Of a DNA stretch of 63,818 nt, positions 63,401 through 63,818 are shown one piece after another (the stretch's first letter is position 1; each line of letters opens with the position of its first letter). Source of the stretch: Squalus acanthias (Eukaryota); the NCBI GenBank assembly GCA_030390025.1, contig JASTWF010000235.1:372183-436000 (forward strand), given 5' to 3'. A program made the position numbers and the translations under genes. Under the pieces are notes generated by a model. The model searched no databases, had not been told where the DNA came from, and saw nothing but the letters and a program-made list of their open reading frames with translations.

Positions 63401-63818
63401 CGTTTAGAATAGAGCAGGACTATGTGGAGAGAGTGGGCAGTGGAAAGTTTTCGAATGACACGGGTATATGGGGATAGTGCGTGGCTGTGGTATTGGTTTG
63501 GGATTGAAGCAGGACTATGTGGAAAGAGGGTGGCAGTGGGATTAGTATTGGATTGATACCGAACTATGGAGAAGGAGCGTGGCATTGGCATTCGTTTGGG
63601 ATTGATACAGAGTTATGATCGAGAACAGAGCAATGTGTCTAGTTTTGGATTGATACACGGCTATGGGGAAAGGGAGGGGCAGTGCTATTAGTTTGGTATT
63701 GATACAGAGCTAAACGAAAAGAACCGGCAGTCAGGTTAGTTTGTGATTGATACAAGCAATGGAGATGGCGTGAGGTAGTGGCATTAGTTTGGGAATGGTA
63801 CAGTGGTTGGGAACGAGC
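60452..63818 (+). repeat. Diverged 49-bp G-rich repeat field running off the window end, interrupted by a CR1
   Basis: Degenerate gattgatacagggctatggggagagagcggggcagtggga units at 60452-61163 and 62706-63818. Confidence 0.85.
61164..62705 (-). mobile_element. 5'-truncated CR1 LINE
   Basis: RT fragments (61254-61805, 62252-62491) similar to the full CR1 at 24.7-26.4 kb; AAGCA repeated at both junctions (61159-61163 / 62706-62710). Confidence 0.92.

Noticed and set aside
1-63818. V/D/J segments, RSS or octamer promoter of a further Ig cluster
   Set aside because: No V-domain ORF, properly spaced heptamer-nonamer pair or convincing octamer was noticed by eye; an exhaustive scan was not possible.

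Overview
Eukaryotic genomic DNA, almost certainly from a cartilaginous fish (shark). Bases ~1.2-17.8 kb (+ strand) hold the 3' half of an immunoglobulin heavy-chain cluster of the IgNAR/IgW type: four C1-set constant exons (IgNAR C2-C5, equivalent to IgW CH3-CH6), a secretory tailpiece with its poly(A) site, a TM1 exon and a probable tiny TM2 exon. The first visible constant exon has a 1-bp deletion (pseudogene lesion or assembly error). The rest is mobile-element and repeat DNA. It includes many CR1 and L2 LINE fragments, one near-intact CR1 (ORF1 zinc-finger/esterase plus ORF2 APE-RT), a MITE, and two copies of an LTR/ERV-like element with an env-like remnant. A ~30-kb field of a 49-bp G-rich tandem repeat has a ~16-kb homogeneous core. 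The monomer appears to derive from the CR1 ORF2 3' end, and the array has the strand asymmetry, G-tracts, WGCW motif and unit length of mammalian Ig switch regions. A 494-bp spacer-less palindrome of Penelope-like type carries one minimal hammerhead ribozyme motif on each strand and is inserted with a 12-bp target-site duplication. Exon, palindrome, LTR and TSD coordinates were counted by hand; repeat-fragment boundaries are approximate.
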